Below are positions 1 through 12,900 of a DNA stretch of 64,000 bases, in pieces. The stretch comes from Raillietiella orientalis (taxonomy: Eukaryota). How positions within the stretch are numbered: position 1 is the stretch's first letter; the number at the start of each line of letters is the position of its first letter. A program made the position numbers and the translations under genes. The stretch covers positions 992,001 through 1,056,000 of the forward strand of contig JAYWIR010000048.1 of NCBI GenBank assembly GCA_036172245.1, given 5' to 3'. The notes under the pieces were generated by a model, which was given only the letters and a program-made list of their open reading frames with translations, made no database searches and was not told where the DNA came from.

Positions 1-773
1 CACGTTAAAACCGATTGATGTCATTTATTTTCTTCCTCTCCTTCTGAATCAGATGGAACGGAGCCGCTGTGGCGGAAGAACCCAGAGACTTCCTCCAGCT
101 GGAAGGGACACGCGCAAACCGCTCGGCACATGCACCAGGGGCTGCGCGCGGCTGGGTCTGCTTGCCCGCCACCACCGTCTTGGTCGCGCCGCATGACGTG
201 CGCGGCCCTCGCCGGCAAGCACAGACAATCCCTCCCCTCCCCCTTCTCCCTCAAGGATTCCGGGGGAATCTGAGGGATCTGGAAGGTCGTGAAGTCGAGC
301 ATCGAGATTTAGCAATTTCCTCTTCCCCGTCTGTCTGACGGGGACTGTTCGCCGCTCACGTCAGCCACCGGATCCTGGCAAAGCAATGTTTGTGTTCCGT
401 TTTCCTTTGTTTATTTAATCCAACATGGAGGCCAATCGAAGGAGTCTTCGGCAGCAGCAGGCACCATCGACGGAACGAAGTCGACGCGGGACCCACGACA
501 ATTACACTTCCCCACCCCGACCCCCTGTTATTTTCCGATGGGTCGGGTGGGAGAGGTCGTTTCTGCCGCAGGAATTCGTGGACGAGAGCTCATCCTCCAC
601 GTCTCCTGCGGCAGGGCAGCTTCCTTCGAGGCGACACGGGCCGAGACCTCAGTGCTTGTGGCATTGCGGAAGAGACGTCAGACGCCGGCAACGAACGCGG
701 ACGCAAAGCTTGCGATGACTAGGAGTAGGTTGCCATGGGCTGGATCGCTGCCTCCCGCAATGCCAAGGAACCG

Positions 774-974
774 TCAGGAATCCGGGCGCTGCAGGAAGCG
801 GAAGGTGAACTGGACCACTTTCTGCAGCTCGCTCTCGTCGAACTCCGGGGGAGGGTGCGTCGCGTTCCCCGAAGGCGGGACGAGGTCCCCACCGGCGGCA
901 GTGGCGTTCCAGACCAGGTAGGCGCCCCTGCTTTCCAGCAGCTCGCGGAATTCCTTGCACTCGTGGCATTCCAG
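774..974 (-). CDS. GT61-like gene, terminal exon (LECHECKEFRELLESRGAYLVWNAT...KVVQFTFRFLQRPDS*)
   Basis: gtctcttcag acceptor in phase 0, coding-like codon bias, TGA at 774-776. Confidence 0.78.
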   Translation of the reverse strand: MECHECKEFRELLESRGAYLVWNATAAGGDLVPPSGNATHPPPEFDESELQKVVQFTFRFLQRPDS

Positions 975-3900
975 CTGAAGAGACAATAAAAATGCCAAAA
1001 ACGAAAAGAGGAAACCATGAAGGCGGCGACGGAGACGCGGCACAGTCGCCAGGAGCAGAGTCTCGGTTTCCGTCGCGAGCGCGGCGGGGAAATGGGCCCT
1101 CCCCTGCAAGACGCCACGAATTCTCAGCAGCCGAAACCGGGCACGCACGGAGACGAAAGAGGAGAAGGTCCCGACATCCCGGAGAACGCTGAGAACGCGC
1201 GCAGAAAAAAAGGGAGGGGAAGAAAGAAGTCCCTCCTCCTTCGAGAGACGCTCCGCGGCTGCGTGCCAAAGTTCCTGCGAAACGCATCCGCGGTGATCCC
1301 GGAAACCCGCGAGTACGCAAGAGGTGCTGCCGTGATCAGACGGAGGAGCCCTTCTTGTGAAAACGAAGTTTCCTCCTCGTTCCCAGTCGTAGCGCCACTT
1401 GGCCGTTTCGCCCCCCTCCCCCTTCCGCCATTTTCCTCTTTGGCGGCCGTGTGAAGGAGGAAAAAGGAAACCCCACCCTGACACGATTTCCCCCTCCCCC
1501 CCCAAAATGGTGGTGGTGGGAAACCGTGTCTCGACGGGTCCGCGGGTTGCTGAGCTCCGTGGGCGCGTTAGTCCCCTGCCCCCCCCCCCCTCATGCCGTT
1601 CTCACCAGCTCATGGTCACGCGAGCTCTTCAGTTCATTACGATCTTTTTATAGCCCCCATTCTCTTCTAGAAGAAGGTTCCCTGAGGTGGCAGCAGACGT
1701 CCGGTGCGAAGTTCAGAAGCGGGTTACCAGGCAGGAATTCACGGTTGCCAGGCAGCGCATTATTCGAACGCGAGGCCTCGCGATGACTAGATGCCGCGCG
1801 CGCTTGGGAACGGTTGCGAGGCGACGAGCGAAGAACCGATCTGTCGGGCTCGGTCCGGAAATTCCAAGATGTCTGCCACTACGAGGTTTCCTTAAGCGGG
1901 TCCATCTGCGAGCGACACCGACGGCCGTGGTCAAGTTTGACCACACCCACACAGGAAACAGGGTGTGCGCGAGGTGTATCCGCTGCGCACCGCCAATCCC
2001 CCGAAGTGCCGATAGCTGCCCGTTCGGTTCGGAGCGCATCCCGCTGCGGAGCGTCCTGCTCCCTCGCCTGCCTTCTCCCGGAACGCGAGGGATGCGACGG
2101 ACGGAGTGACGGGGCGCCCTCTCTGTGATCAACCGTGTGAACCGGGAGCACCGAGAGAAAGGGAAGGTCCTCTGGAAAACTTTCGGGGTTCCCCCACTTC
2201 GAAAACTGGGGACGGACCCGAGGACGCGTCGGCCCGGACGGCGGGAGGACGTGCGCCGGCGCGCGCGCGTGAGCGGGAAAGCACCCGAGTGAGCAGCTCC
2301 GAGCCGGCGGTTCCATCCTCGCGCGCGCCGGTGAAAAAGGAGAGGGGGTGGGGTGGGGGTGGAGGCAGACTTCGTGAGGGTCTCCCGAGAATCTCAAAGG
2401 CGCGCGCGCGAGGATCGAACGCTACCGAGGGAGAAGAGAGGGCCGAGGCGAGCGACTCGGACTCTTCCGTGGGAGGGAGGGAGAGTTTGCGACCGAAAGG
2501 CCTGCGAGCACATGCAGACGAAGTGCGGGTGCGCCGCCGCCGAGCCTGGGGCGATTATTTCCTCTCCCTTCTTCCCCCCCGGATCCCCCCTCTGGGCATG
2601 CAACCCGGCGCACGCCGGCCAAAACTCATTAATAAACACATCGTGCACGTCGCACAACGTCAGCTGGCTGCAAGGGAAATCCTCCCTTCAATTCCTTTCT
2701 TCTGCTCCTTCTTTGTTTTTCTTTTTCTTTCTTTCTTTTTCTTTTTTTTCCCTCCCTTCGCGACTGATCTCATTCGGCCTCGGAGTCGCGGGTAGCACCG
2801 CCGAAGAACGGCGGTCGCGCGACCTCTTACGGGTGAACCCCGCGCTTCCTTCCCAGCAAGCGTAACGCCAGGGATCGCAGCCCCGAAGGGGAAGGAAAAA
2901 AAAAAAGGATGGGGGGGGGAGGGAGGGAGCGTTCTTGAGGGACAGCTGATTCCTCCCTTCCTCGCGCGTATCTGACCGCGGATGAGGACGCCTGACGGAA
3001 TTCCCACCAAGGGAAAGAAATCCAGAACGAGGAGGGTTCGCGAGGGAAATCGGGATAAATGTTCCCGCATCGACTTGTCCGAGGCGATTAAGAAATCCAT
3101 TATTCAAGCCGACCTGGGAGTGCGGACTGACGCAAGTCCCCAGCCTCCCGCTCGCTATCTGGCCGTGGGCGCGCCATCAGAGCCGCGACGGAGCCCACCT
3201 CCGCGACTTTCAAACTCCTTCCAGCCGGAAGAGGAGGGGGGAGACAGAGCAGCAGGAGGAGGGAGAAAACTTTCATCATCTCTGTCTTCGGCTACGGAGC
3301 CGCCCGAGAAGCGCACAGCCTCTGGAGCTACCGGAAGCCTCGTCAGCGACGCTTCCTCGGACCCGTTTTTTTCCCGCCACAAGACCTCATCCCCAGCCGC
3401 GGGGTCCTGGAAACCGTAGCCCCGGCGCTCCTGGGACGAAAGGAACTCCTGCGTCTGAATCCCCGCTGCTCCTCCCTTCGACGACCACGCGTTTGGCTGG
3501 GCGCGAGCAGACCGGCGAAAGGATGGAGCGCGCTCGGTTTGCATCGGCAGGACCCACCCACCTACTCCCGAAGCGGCAAGCCCAGGCACTCGCCTCCCCT
3601 TCAGCTCGCAGGCGGCTCGCTTCCGGAAAATGCCGGATGACGGCGATCGTCCTGAAATGAGTCCAGGGCGTCCAGTGCAAAGTCGTCGGGAGCGCGCGGT
3701 CGGGGCAGGCGGTCCCTGATGGAACGCTGGACGGGAGCGGTGCGGCTGCGTCGAAAAGGAGATGTCCCGCGTGCTGATGACCAAACTCCGCGTGCGCACT
3801 CGCACGCGTCCACCTCATCCTTCCCTCCACCCACCTTCGTCTTCAGCGACCTTCCCCTCCCCTCTGCCTTCCCTGCTTGCGTGCCGCGCGCGGGAGCATA

Positions 3901-6900
3901 GTTCGTGCGTTTCCGTGGTCCGATCTTCCTCGAAACAGAAGAGCCTTCCTTCTTCTCCTTGCCGAAATCGCAGGATTCAACCTTCCCCAGGATCTCCCTT
4001 CCCGAATGGTCCTGGGGAAAGCTAACGGGCCGCACTCGACTCCTTTTCTCGACCGCCCTTGCTGCAGCTGGAGTCCGAGCTGCCCGTGGCGCTCGTCAAG
4101 TTGACTATCCCGAGACGCACCGCCGGCAGCTCCTCCGTCCCGGCAACCAACGGAAGCGCGGATGCATGAAAAAGGGTGCTTGCAAGGAAGGACCAGCACC
4201 GACGCCCTCATCCCCCCCGGCTACACTCGCTGCCTCCTCCTACTCAGGGCAGCACGGGCTGCATTTACGCGGCGCATTCAAGTGGGGGGCCGGCTGGCCG
4301 GAGCGGCGAGCCCCTCAGCTGAACGCGTGGCGGCGACAGAGGGCGCCGAAGAAAGCGTGGCAGCAGCCTCTCCCTCCGACAACGCTTATCTTCGCGGATC
4401 CCCGTCCGCTCCCATCTTCCAGTCATATTGCTACTGAGATATCCGTCCACGATGCCACAGACGCTGAAACGCCTGCCATCAGTTTCTCTTCTGAAAGCTA
4501 AATTGTCGGGACGAAGCGCGGTTGCGGCCATCAATTAAAGACCGGCTGAGCGGGCACTGCAATTAGTTGTCTTGACGATGAGGAATGTTTGTATCTCTCG
4601 TCGAGACGATCGGGCAGTTTTGCTCTGTCTTCCGATTTATTGTATTTTATTTTTATTTTTTTTCCACAGCCTGGATTGGTCCGGCTCGCCGCAGCCGGCC
4701 GGAGCAAAGCCAGCTGGAAGCGCGCTTTGCAAACGGAAGGCTGCAGCATCGCCGGGCACCCGTGAAACCATGGGAGGCAACGCCGGAAGTCTAAAAATAA
4801 ACTCGAAAACCTTAAAACGTCCCGAGGCGATTCGCCGTCTACCGGAGCACGCAGAACGAACCATCACGTAAGCCATCATCGTCGCGTTTGGGATCGCGCT
4901 GACCGCCACCATCAACGTGCCGCGTGAAAGACAGACCTCCCCTCGCGAAAAGGGGGAGAGGGATCTCGTGACGTTCGCGAACGCCGCGGAGAAGACGGCA
5001 CGACATGATTTCGGTACGGGGACAAGAAGGCGGCATCCTCGCCCCTTGGCCGTCAGGTGAGTGCGTGACCATTCACAAGCAGCTCGTCGGTTTGCAGCCT
5101 TCCGTGGCATCGGTCACGACTCGGCTCGAAGCGATCGCCCCACGGAGGTTCACTGGGTGCTCAAGAAACGTCCTCCTGAAGGCCCACGGAGCCCTTTGAC
5201 GCCGTCCACGTCTCCCGAGGGTGCGTGTCGACTCTTCAAGTTATAGAGGGTGACCCCAGAGGACCCACCCTGTGAATCCAGGAAGTCTCCGTCGCCCTCA
5301 CGAGAAGGGAAGCTTCCTTTGTTCTCTCCGGAGGGACCCCCGGGAGGAGGTCGCTCCTCATTTCTCCGAAGGGAACCCGTGGAAAGGATCCGCTCCTTGT
5401 TTTCTCCTCTGAAGAGAACCTCGAAGGGAGCAGCACGCTTCTTGCACTCTGGAGAGGCAGACCCTAAGCGGGGTATCCACCAGCTCAAGGGCACGCGACG
5501 GAGGGCTCCCTTTCACAACCGGGGGGGAATTCCCGAAGGGCTCCTTGATTGCTGGAAGGACCCCTGGGGGTCGACTTCCAATCCTAGCCAATCAACGGGG
5601 GCATCTTGTCCACCCAGTGGCTGCTGCTCCCGTGAATAGCAGACACGAATGGAATCCGATATGCCGCAAGGACAAGCCAAATAGGGCGCGAGCCGGCGAC
5701 GTGGAACCACAGCAGCGGTCAGACAGCGGGATGTGGTTGGGCAGGAGATTGGACCATCCTTGCAAGATTTGAAAGCAGCGCCGGCTGCAGTCAGCATCCG
5801 ATCACGGGGGGAGCCGCGGGTTGCTTCTCCGCGGAAAGATCGCCTGCAAGTTGACGACGCAGAGCCGATCGAGCCTTCCGGTTTTCGGCTGCGCGCGGAG
5901 GGAGCAGGTCAAGGAATCGATGAACCCCTGGAGCTCCCCGGAACAGGATCCACGACCGAACAAACGCCTGAGGGCGACTCTTTCATGGCGGGCACGCGCT
6001 CACACGCGGGAGAGGTTGTGGAACGCTCGATCTTCTTCCGCTCAGCTCCGCCCGACGACTAGCGGTCCCTCCGCTCGAGGAAAGAAGGAAGGAAGACTTT
6101 TCCAAATTTACCTCGGACGTTACTTCCACAATTATGGATTCTGATGGCAAATAAAGCCCGCTGATCAGCGCATCCCTCCTCTTCCCGATGAGGACACTGA
6201 CATTCTGCATGCGGATGGCCTGCTCGGCGAAACTCTGGTATTCGGAATCCACTTTTACGATGTCGACGGACATGGAAGAGTTCCGGAGCCTGCGGAAATT
6301 GATTGTGTTGTTTTCTTCATCCCTGAAAGGCACCAAATGAAATCGGTCGGGAAGACGAGATTCCGTGAGTCACACGCCTGCTTGTGCAAACCGCACGAGC
6401 CGTCGAAGAGAGCACAGAACGTAGGGAAGCGTGGAAAGGCGGCGCAGCCGTTGGCTCTGCGCAGGAATGCCGGTGAATGCGCGCCTCGGTGACGCCCGCT
6501 CCCCACGCTGGCTGCAAGCCAGCGTGGGGAGTGCCCCGGACCGGGAAGATCTGAGGGCGAGGCGCCGTAGTGCAGCCATGCGCCGGCGGCGCAAGTGTTG
6601 GGGGAAGCTTTCCGGCATCCCTCGCTCGCGAGAAGATCTGGGGTCAGGCACTCTCTCCAGGGAGGGGCGGGTTCGCGGGTTCCACGTGCAGGCAGGCCGG
6701 CCGGCCGCCGCGACTTGTCTCGGTCCCCATGGGAACGGTTCTCCTCCCGCTCTCCGACTGCCGCCGTTCCGCTCAGGACGGCGGCTACCTCATTTCCTTC
6801 CGGCGTTCGTTCGCGCACTCTCTTCAAGGCGGAACTCGAGCCGATTCCTTCTGCCTTGTTCTTCCGCGTCAGCGAAGCAGCGTCTCCGCGCTCATCACGA

Positions 6901-9900
6901 ATAGCGAATCCACGGATGCCATCCCGCCGCCCCCCTCCTGTTCCTGCTTCACCCTTTCGTTCCTTTCGTTTCCCCGTCGGCTGCGAACGACAGCACCTGA
7001 TTGCTTCTTTCGACGAAACGCGCACGCCGAATAGAAAAGTTACCCGCAAGAGCAGGGGCTCACGCGGATGAGGCGCATTCTTTGCCGACCCCGAGCGAAC
7101 GAGATGACGATGACGATGACATCAAAACAACACGAAACGACGCGAAACGAACGCGCACCATGCGGATGTCACGAGCTGGTTTTCCTCCTGAAAGCCGGAA
7201 ACCAACCCCGGCTGCGACCTTCTTTTCGTCTTCCGCGGTTGCCACCGTGGAACACAAGGGAGGGGGCAGCGCGGCCCTCTGCCACAGATAGGAAACGGGG
7301 GGCAGAGGAGAACGGCGGTCTGGACGCGTGAGACGTTGCTAGGGTGGGAAAAGGATAATTGCCAAGGCACTTCCCTTCTACACGAGCGAGGAACACCGGG
7401 GGGTGGGGGGGAGAGCCTTGCTGCAAACGCGCCACCGCGCCGAAGCGAGCCGTTTTGGAAATCTGACTGAAAATCAAATGGAACGAACATTCGGAAGGGG
7501 GGACAAAAAAAAAAACAAAGAGAGTTCCGTCAAGAAATCAAACGCCAAAGCTTTATACCGAATTCCGATCGATGCAGTGGTGCCGATTTCCAAACCTTTT
7601 TGTTCTTTTTTTTTTTTTTTTTTTTTAAAAAGGGCATTTCTGTCGAGTCGACAAAATAAAAATAAAAAAAAAAATCTCTTTTCCATCTACCGCTTCCCTC
7701 TGTCCTTTCAGCATGCAAACAGCACGAAAATAAATCACACATTACATCCCACATGCCCCAGTTAGGAAACACGGCAAACAAAACGAGATCGATAATTCCA
7801 CCAAGGTAGCGGGGAAAACGAAACCATGGCGACAGCACAGGGTGCAAGGCGGGAAAATCTGCTCCCACGTGACTACCACGAGGGCAATCACGGACCGCTG
7901 CTGCTTTGTTGCGCAGGAAAGGATTGTTGCGAAACGGAAAGGAAATCCCCCCCCCCCCTCCCCTCCAGCTGGTGTTGGAAACGCACAAGCGACATTTCAT
8001 TCGAGGGGCGATCCCCGTTCGTGTGGTAACCCCGACCACTTCATTTCACCCCACGCTCACGGGAACACCACGGAAACGGTCTGCGCTCCGATCTATAAAT
8101 AGCTAAGGGTATTTTGAGAATTCACTGCAGAATCTGTTGCTGCGGCAACTGATCGCGTTGCTGAATCGTTGAGCAGCTCGGCGGGAGCAGCCGGGGCGCT
8201 CTGCTCACTCATGGCAACTTAAAACCGGGTTCCTCTAGACACGCAGAAACGAAGACCTCCCTTGAATGCGGGGTGCCGCTGCGCGGCGCTCATGGCATCC
8301 GCCGGAAGTCCGCGCAGCCACCTTCTTGCAGCTCGGTTTTCCCGCTGAGGACCGTGGCGAAGACGTTCCTCCGGGATTTTGACGGAACGCCTCGACGAGA
8401 CCCGGCTGTCCCGCGCGTTCCCAGGCAGCGGGCGGCGGCATCCTCCTCCCCCCTCCCGGATCCTCTTCTTCCTGCTTCTGGCTCTGGTTGTTCCACCGCC
8501 AGCTCGTCCGGCCGTCATTTATCTCTCAGAAGACTCGTTCCGAAACCAAACACCCCACAACCTTGATTTTCCGGTCGGGAACGGACAGATCCGGAAACAT
8601 GGAAGGAGCGTAAGAGTGTGTGTGTGTGTTTTCCCCTCCTTCCCTTTTTGTTTTGTTCTGTTCTTTCTGGCAAGTGTTGGTGGGAGATTCCTCGAAAACT
8701 GCGGGGAGGAGGCACCAGCACATCCAGGCACCAGAGCCTCCCGTGGCTTCGCTCAAAGTTTCGTCCGAGCCTCGCGACACATCCACGACACTTTCGCGAA
8801 GCCTTCCTGACGGCTGCCCGAGTCGGGAGAGGGGCGACGGCAGCCTCGCCATCGAACGATCGTGCTTCGATCCGTCGACTGCGCACTTCCGGAGGCTGCT
8901 ACCGCTGGGATGTCTCTTTGTCGACGGACGTGGAAACGTTGCCTCTTCTTCGTCGCTCGTATCCTTCGGATGCAAGGACCCTCGCCCTCTTGGGGGAGGG
9001 CGAGTCCACCTTGAGCAAATACTGGGTTGCTCGCCTGCAGTGCATTCCCTCCCTCTCTTGGTAAAGGCGCATCTCCCTTTCCATCAGGGTCTCTCCCCGG
9101 ACCCTGAAGTGTCAGGGCGCCTCTCGGATGACCACCGCTGCTCGCTTGCAGAGCTGAGACGAGCATTTCTTTCGCCGCTGCAGTTCTCTTATTTCCCGGA
9201 GTTGAAAAATTCCGTCGAGTGGGTCCCTCCGCGGGGAGCCATCACGGTGGCGACGCCTGGCTTCCAGCCGCGAGCTCTCAGTGTCGTTTTCGGCAAGTCG
9301 CGGACGCCGCCAATCCGACCAGGGAGGGCTCGGCAAGAAGGCAAAGGAGTCCCACGGAATCTTCCGGGTAGCGCCACGCTGTTTCTGGGCATCAGCATCC
9401 CCCCGCCCTCTGGCAACCTTGCAAGCGCGCGGACCTGAAGTTTCTGCCCGGACACGCCAGACAATGCCGCAGTTGCGACAATGCCGCGGTCACGACAATG
9501 CCGAGACAATGCTGCAACGAGGTTGCCGTCGCAACAGTGCAGGGTATCCAAGTACGGATGGAGAGTTTCGGGAGAATCGTGCGGACCCTGACGGTGTCAC
9601 TTTGGGGAGGTTGAGCGCGATGCGCGGCAACGAGCGTTTCCAACAGCGACTGCAGAGTCGCACACGAACGCGAGGGAGGGAGTGGCGGCAGAGAGGGAGA
9701 ACGGCAGGAGAGGAAGGGGGGAGGGGGGAGGGACAGCGTGGCGTGACGGCCGGAAAGAGACTCCAGCTCCTCCCCGAGAGGGCGAAGATGGGTCGCGCGC
9801 GAATCGTGTGAAAACCACCGGCTGGTCTGAGCCCGGAGTCCCCCGCTCCTTTGTTTCTCGGTGCCGCCCGGAGAGTTAGTTGCTCCTGGGAACGGGAGGG

Positions 9901-12900
9901 AAGAGAGGGAGGAGGAAGGAGGACGCTCCTCGTCCAAGCTCCGGCATTCCCGGAATTCGAGAGCGAGGCACCCCGTCGCTCGCAACTCGAGCAGAGAGGG
10001 AAACAATGGAGCAGACGGCCCGTTTGGGAGAAGGAAGAGGAGGGAGGGGAGGACGGGGGGAGTGCCGAGCAATCCGCAAAGCGAGAGGAATTCAGTCGGA
10101 TGGACAATGGCGCCCTCTGCGAGGTGGGTTTGACGAGACGGAAGGCTCCGGGAACTGGTTCGTGGGGAGGAAAGGGAAGCTTGGAATGTATACCTCCAGG
10201 AGCTTCTCCCTTCACGCATCCTGCGAAGGGTGTTGTGCTTTCGCGAGGAGGGGAGGATGTCTGCTGGACCCACGCAATTCTGGCAGACCGCGCTCTAGGA
10301 ATGGAAAAACCGTTCTCTCCTGGGGCGGTGGAGGAGAGAGCTCTTGCTTGCGGGGACAAGGGGGGAGGGCCTTGCGCCACAGGAAGCACGTGCATCGCAT
10401 CCCACGGAACGGAAAACCCGGGATTCCGCATCGCCGGAGGGCACACGGGCGTCGTGATCTCTGCCTCCCAGGAAGCTGACCCTGCTGGCTGCCTTTGGAT
10501 GCCGCCAGCTGCAGAAGACAGGAGCGCGCAGGAGCAGCTGGTCCTCGCAGAGCAGGTGGTCGGTCCCAGCCACGTCGCAAGCAGAGACGAAGAGCGCACG
10601 AGCGTGCGATGGACGTCGAGGGGAGGGGTAGATGGCTCCCGACGACCTGACTCCATCCAACCCCACTACCCCTTTCCTGTTCTCTCCATCCTTTCTCTCT
10701 GCTAACGTGCACCCGGCCGTGGCACCCGGCGGAGAGGCTACGGTGCTGCCGTCTCGTCTCCATGGACACCGCCAGGGGTCTTCGCTCCGCGACAACCCCC
10801 TCCACGTCTCTCCGGGATCTGAGAGCGGCACTAGCAGCACAACGAGAGTCAATTTCTCAGAACGACCCTCGGGAAGGCTGGAGGGAGAGAGGGGCAGGGG
10901 AAAGAAGGGTCGCGCTGCCTCGGGGGGTAGGTGGGGGGATGGAGGTGGGGAGAGGAGGGACGATGGGCCGTGGAAGAGAGGGGGCGATAGGGAAAGCGGA
11001 CGCCGGGCTGAATGGGGCGACGGCAAATTCTCTGACCTTTGCACGACCTGGGTGAAGTGGATCCTTGCTCACCCAGTCATAGCCTCGTGACTCCTCCTTC
11101 CCATTCGTCCCCTGATTGTCCTCTTCTTCCTCCTCCTCGCCTCCCTTCGTCCTTTCCATTCCTCTCCTGATTCCTTGATCCTCTCATCCCATCCATCCCC
11201 GTAGGGAGACCGCTGACTCCCCTTTGACCGAGAGCCTCTCCCGACCCAAGAGAAGGAGAAGAGGGGGCGAGAACGTGCCCCTGCCTGCCCGTTTCACTCT
11301 TCCCTCCTGGACTACCCAGAGTCGAGGACCGGGAGGGGAGCGAACCCTAGGCGGGAGTCCCCGGAAAGAGGATGCGCGTGCCCCGGGCTCGCGCCGCCCT
11401 GGGAGCTTGTCGCCCACCCCCGCTCGTCTCCCGCGTCAGGCCCTCAAGGGGACGGGGGAGGGACGAGTGCGACCTGGTACTCACTCCAACAGCAGTCCAA
11501 CGGTGGGCGTCCCTGCGTGCACGGGCGTGGCGCTCTCCTGGATGCCCAGGCGGTCCTTTGCAAAGGAGATGAACGACCTGACCACGGACGTGTTCGCGTA
11601 GTCTGCCCTGGGGGTCTACGGAGCAAACAGCAGGGGAAGGGAGGTCAGTTCGAGGAAGAGGGAGAACGCGAAGGAGGGGAGGGGGAGGACGGTTCTTCGC
11701 TCGCTACCGCTGCCCGCAGGCGCCGGGCGTGTTCCAGAGGGAAGAGGGGAAGGAGGTAACGGCTCCCCGTAACAGTGTTTTCGGGGCCTCTCCTCGCGAT
11801 CGCTCTTGCAATCTCATAAATCCCCTTCCCACACATCTGCCGGACAACTTGCGGGTCGGCCGAAGCCCTTTGCAGGGGACCCAAACGGGACTCGGAGTTC
11901 TCGGAAAAGCTGGGGACCCCTTCGAAGAGGCCTCACGGGTCAACCCTCCTCTAGCAGATGGCCTCTCCGCACCCCCTCGCTCCACTCCATGGGGAGGGGC
12001 GGTCCGGAGGGGGGGAGCGCCGGAGGAGGACCCTTCACCCTGCGACGAACCGTCCTCCGGGGAACTCGCGGTCGTTGAGGCTCCCGCCCTGCGTCCCAGG
12101 GAGGCTACGGAAGTCCGGAGAAGAGTCGTCGTCTCCCCTCCCCCCCCTCTCTGCGCAGCAGGGACGTGCGGCTACGGACAACCTCGGCAGACGCGCAACT
12201 CCTTCGCCCCCCTCCCATTGGGAAGGGGGGTGCACACGAGCAGCAGCGACCCGCCCCCTCGTCGCCCTCGCAGACGGCGCTGACGCTGCCAGACGGAGGG
12301 CGCAGGGCTGGCGCGGCTCCCGCAGGAGGAGAGAGAGCAGCCAGGAGGCACCTCGGGCGCGTCCCCCCCCCCTCATCAGAGTGTCACCCCCGACCCGGTC
12401 AAGGCAGGAAGAAACAGGCGGATGGGACGTCATTCTCTCACCAAGACCTGACCCACCTCTTCGTGCCGCCTACGAACACCGGTGGTCCGCGCGTGCCCTG
12501 CGCCCTCCGAGTTCGGTCGCGGGGGGCAAGAAGATCAGCAGGAAAGTAGGAAGACGAAGAAGTATGGAAGAGAAAGGAGAGGGAGACAAGAGGAGGAGGA
12601 AGGGGAAGGGTGGAAAAGGAGGAGGGGAAGGAAGTGGAAGGAAGAAAGAGGATGAGGAGGGAGGAAACACTCACGGTACCGCATCCCACATTGCCCCGCC
12701 CGAGCATTGCTCTCGGTGCTACCGCTCACCCCAACCCACCCCACGTCCCTTTCAGGAGGATGAGCGAGGTCTGCTGCGCAGCGGCTACAGAGGGTAGGGG
12801 TTAGGCCACCACGCGCCGCCCAGCGTCTCGCGGTGCACAAAAAAAAGGGGGAAGGGGGGGGGGGGGCAGATGTGCATACGCAAAGCAGGAGCGGCTGTCA

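Noticed and set aside
735..989. Plus-strand 84-aa ORF
   Set aside because: Antisense shadow of the GT61-like terminal exon.
9460..9514. Four GACAATGC(C) copies with short variable spacers
   Set aside because: Units and spacers are far too short for CRISPR and the context is eukaryotic; ordinary degenerate tandem repeat.
9392..11044. Several overlapping 200-390 aa ORFs on both strands
   Set aside because: No recognisable domain; open in multiple frames because stop codons are rare at high GC; located in a GT61 intron.
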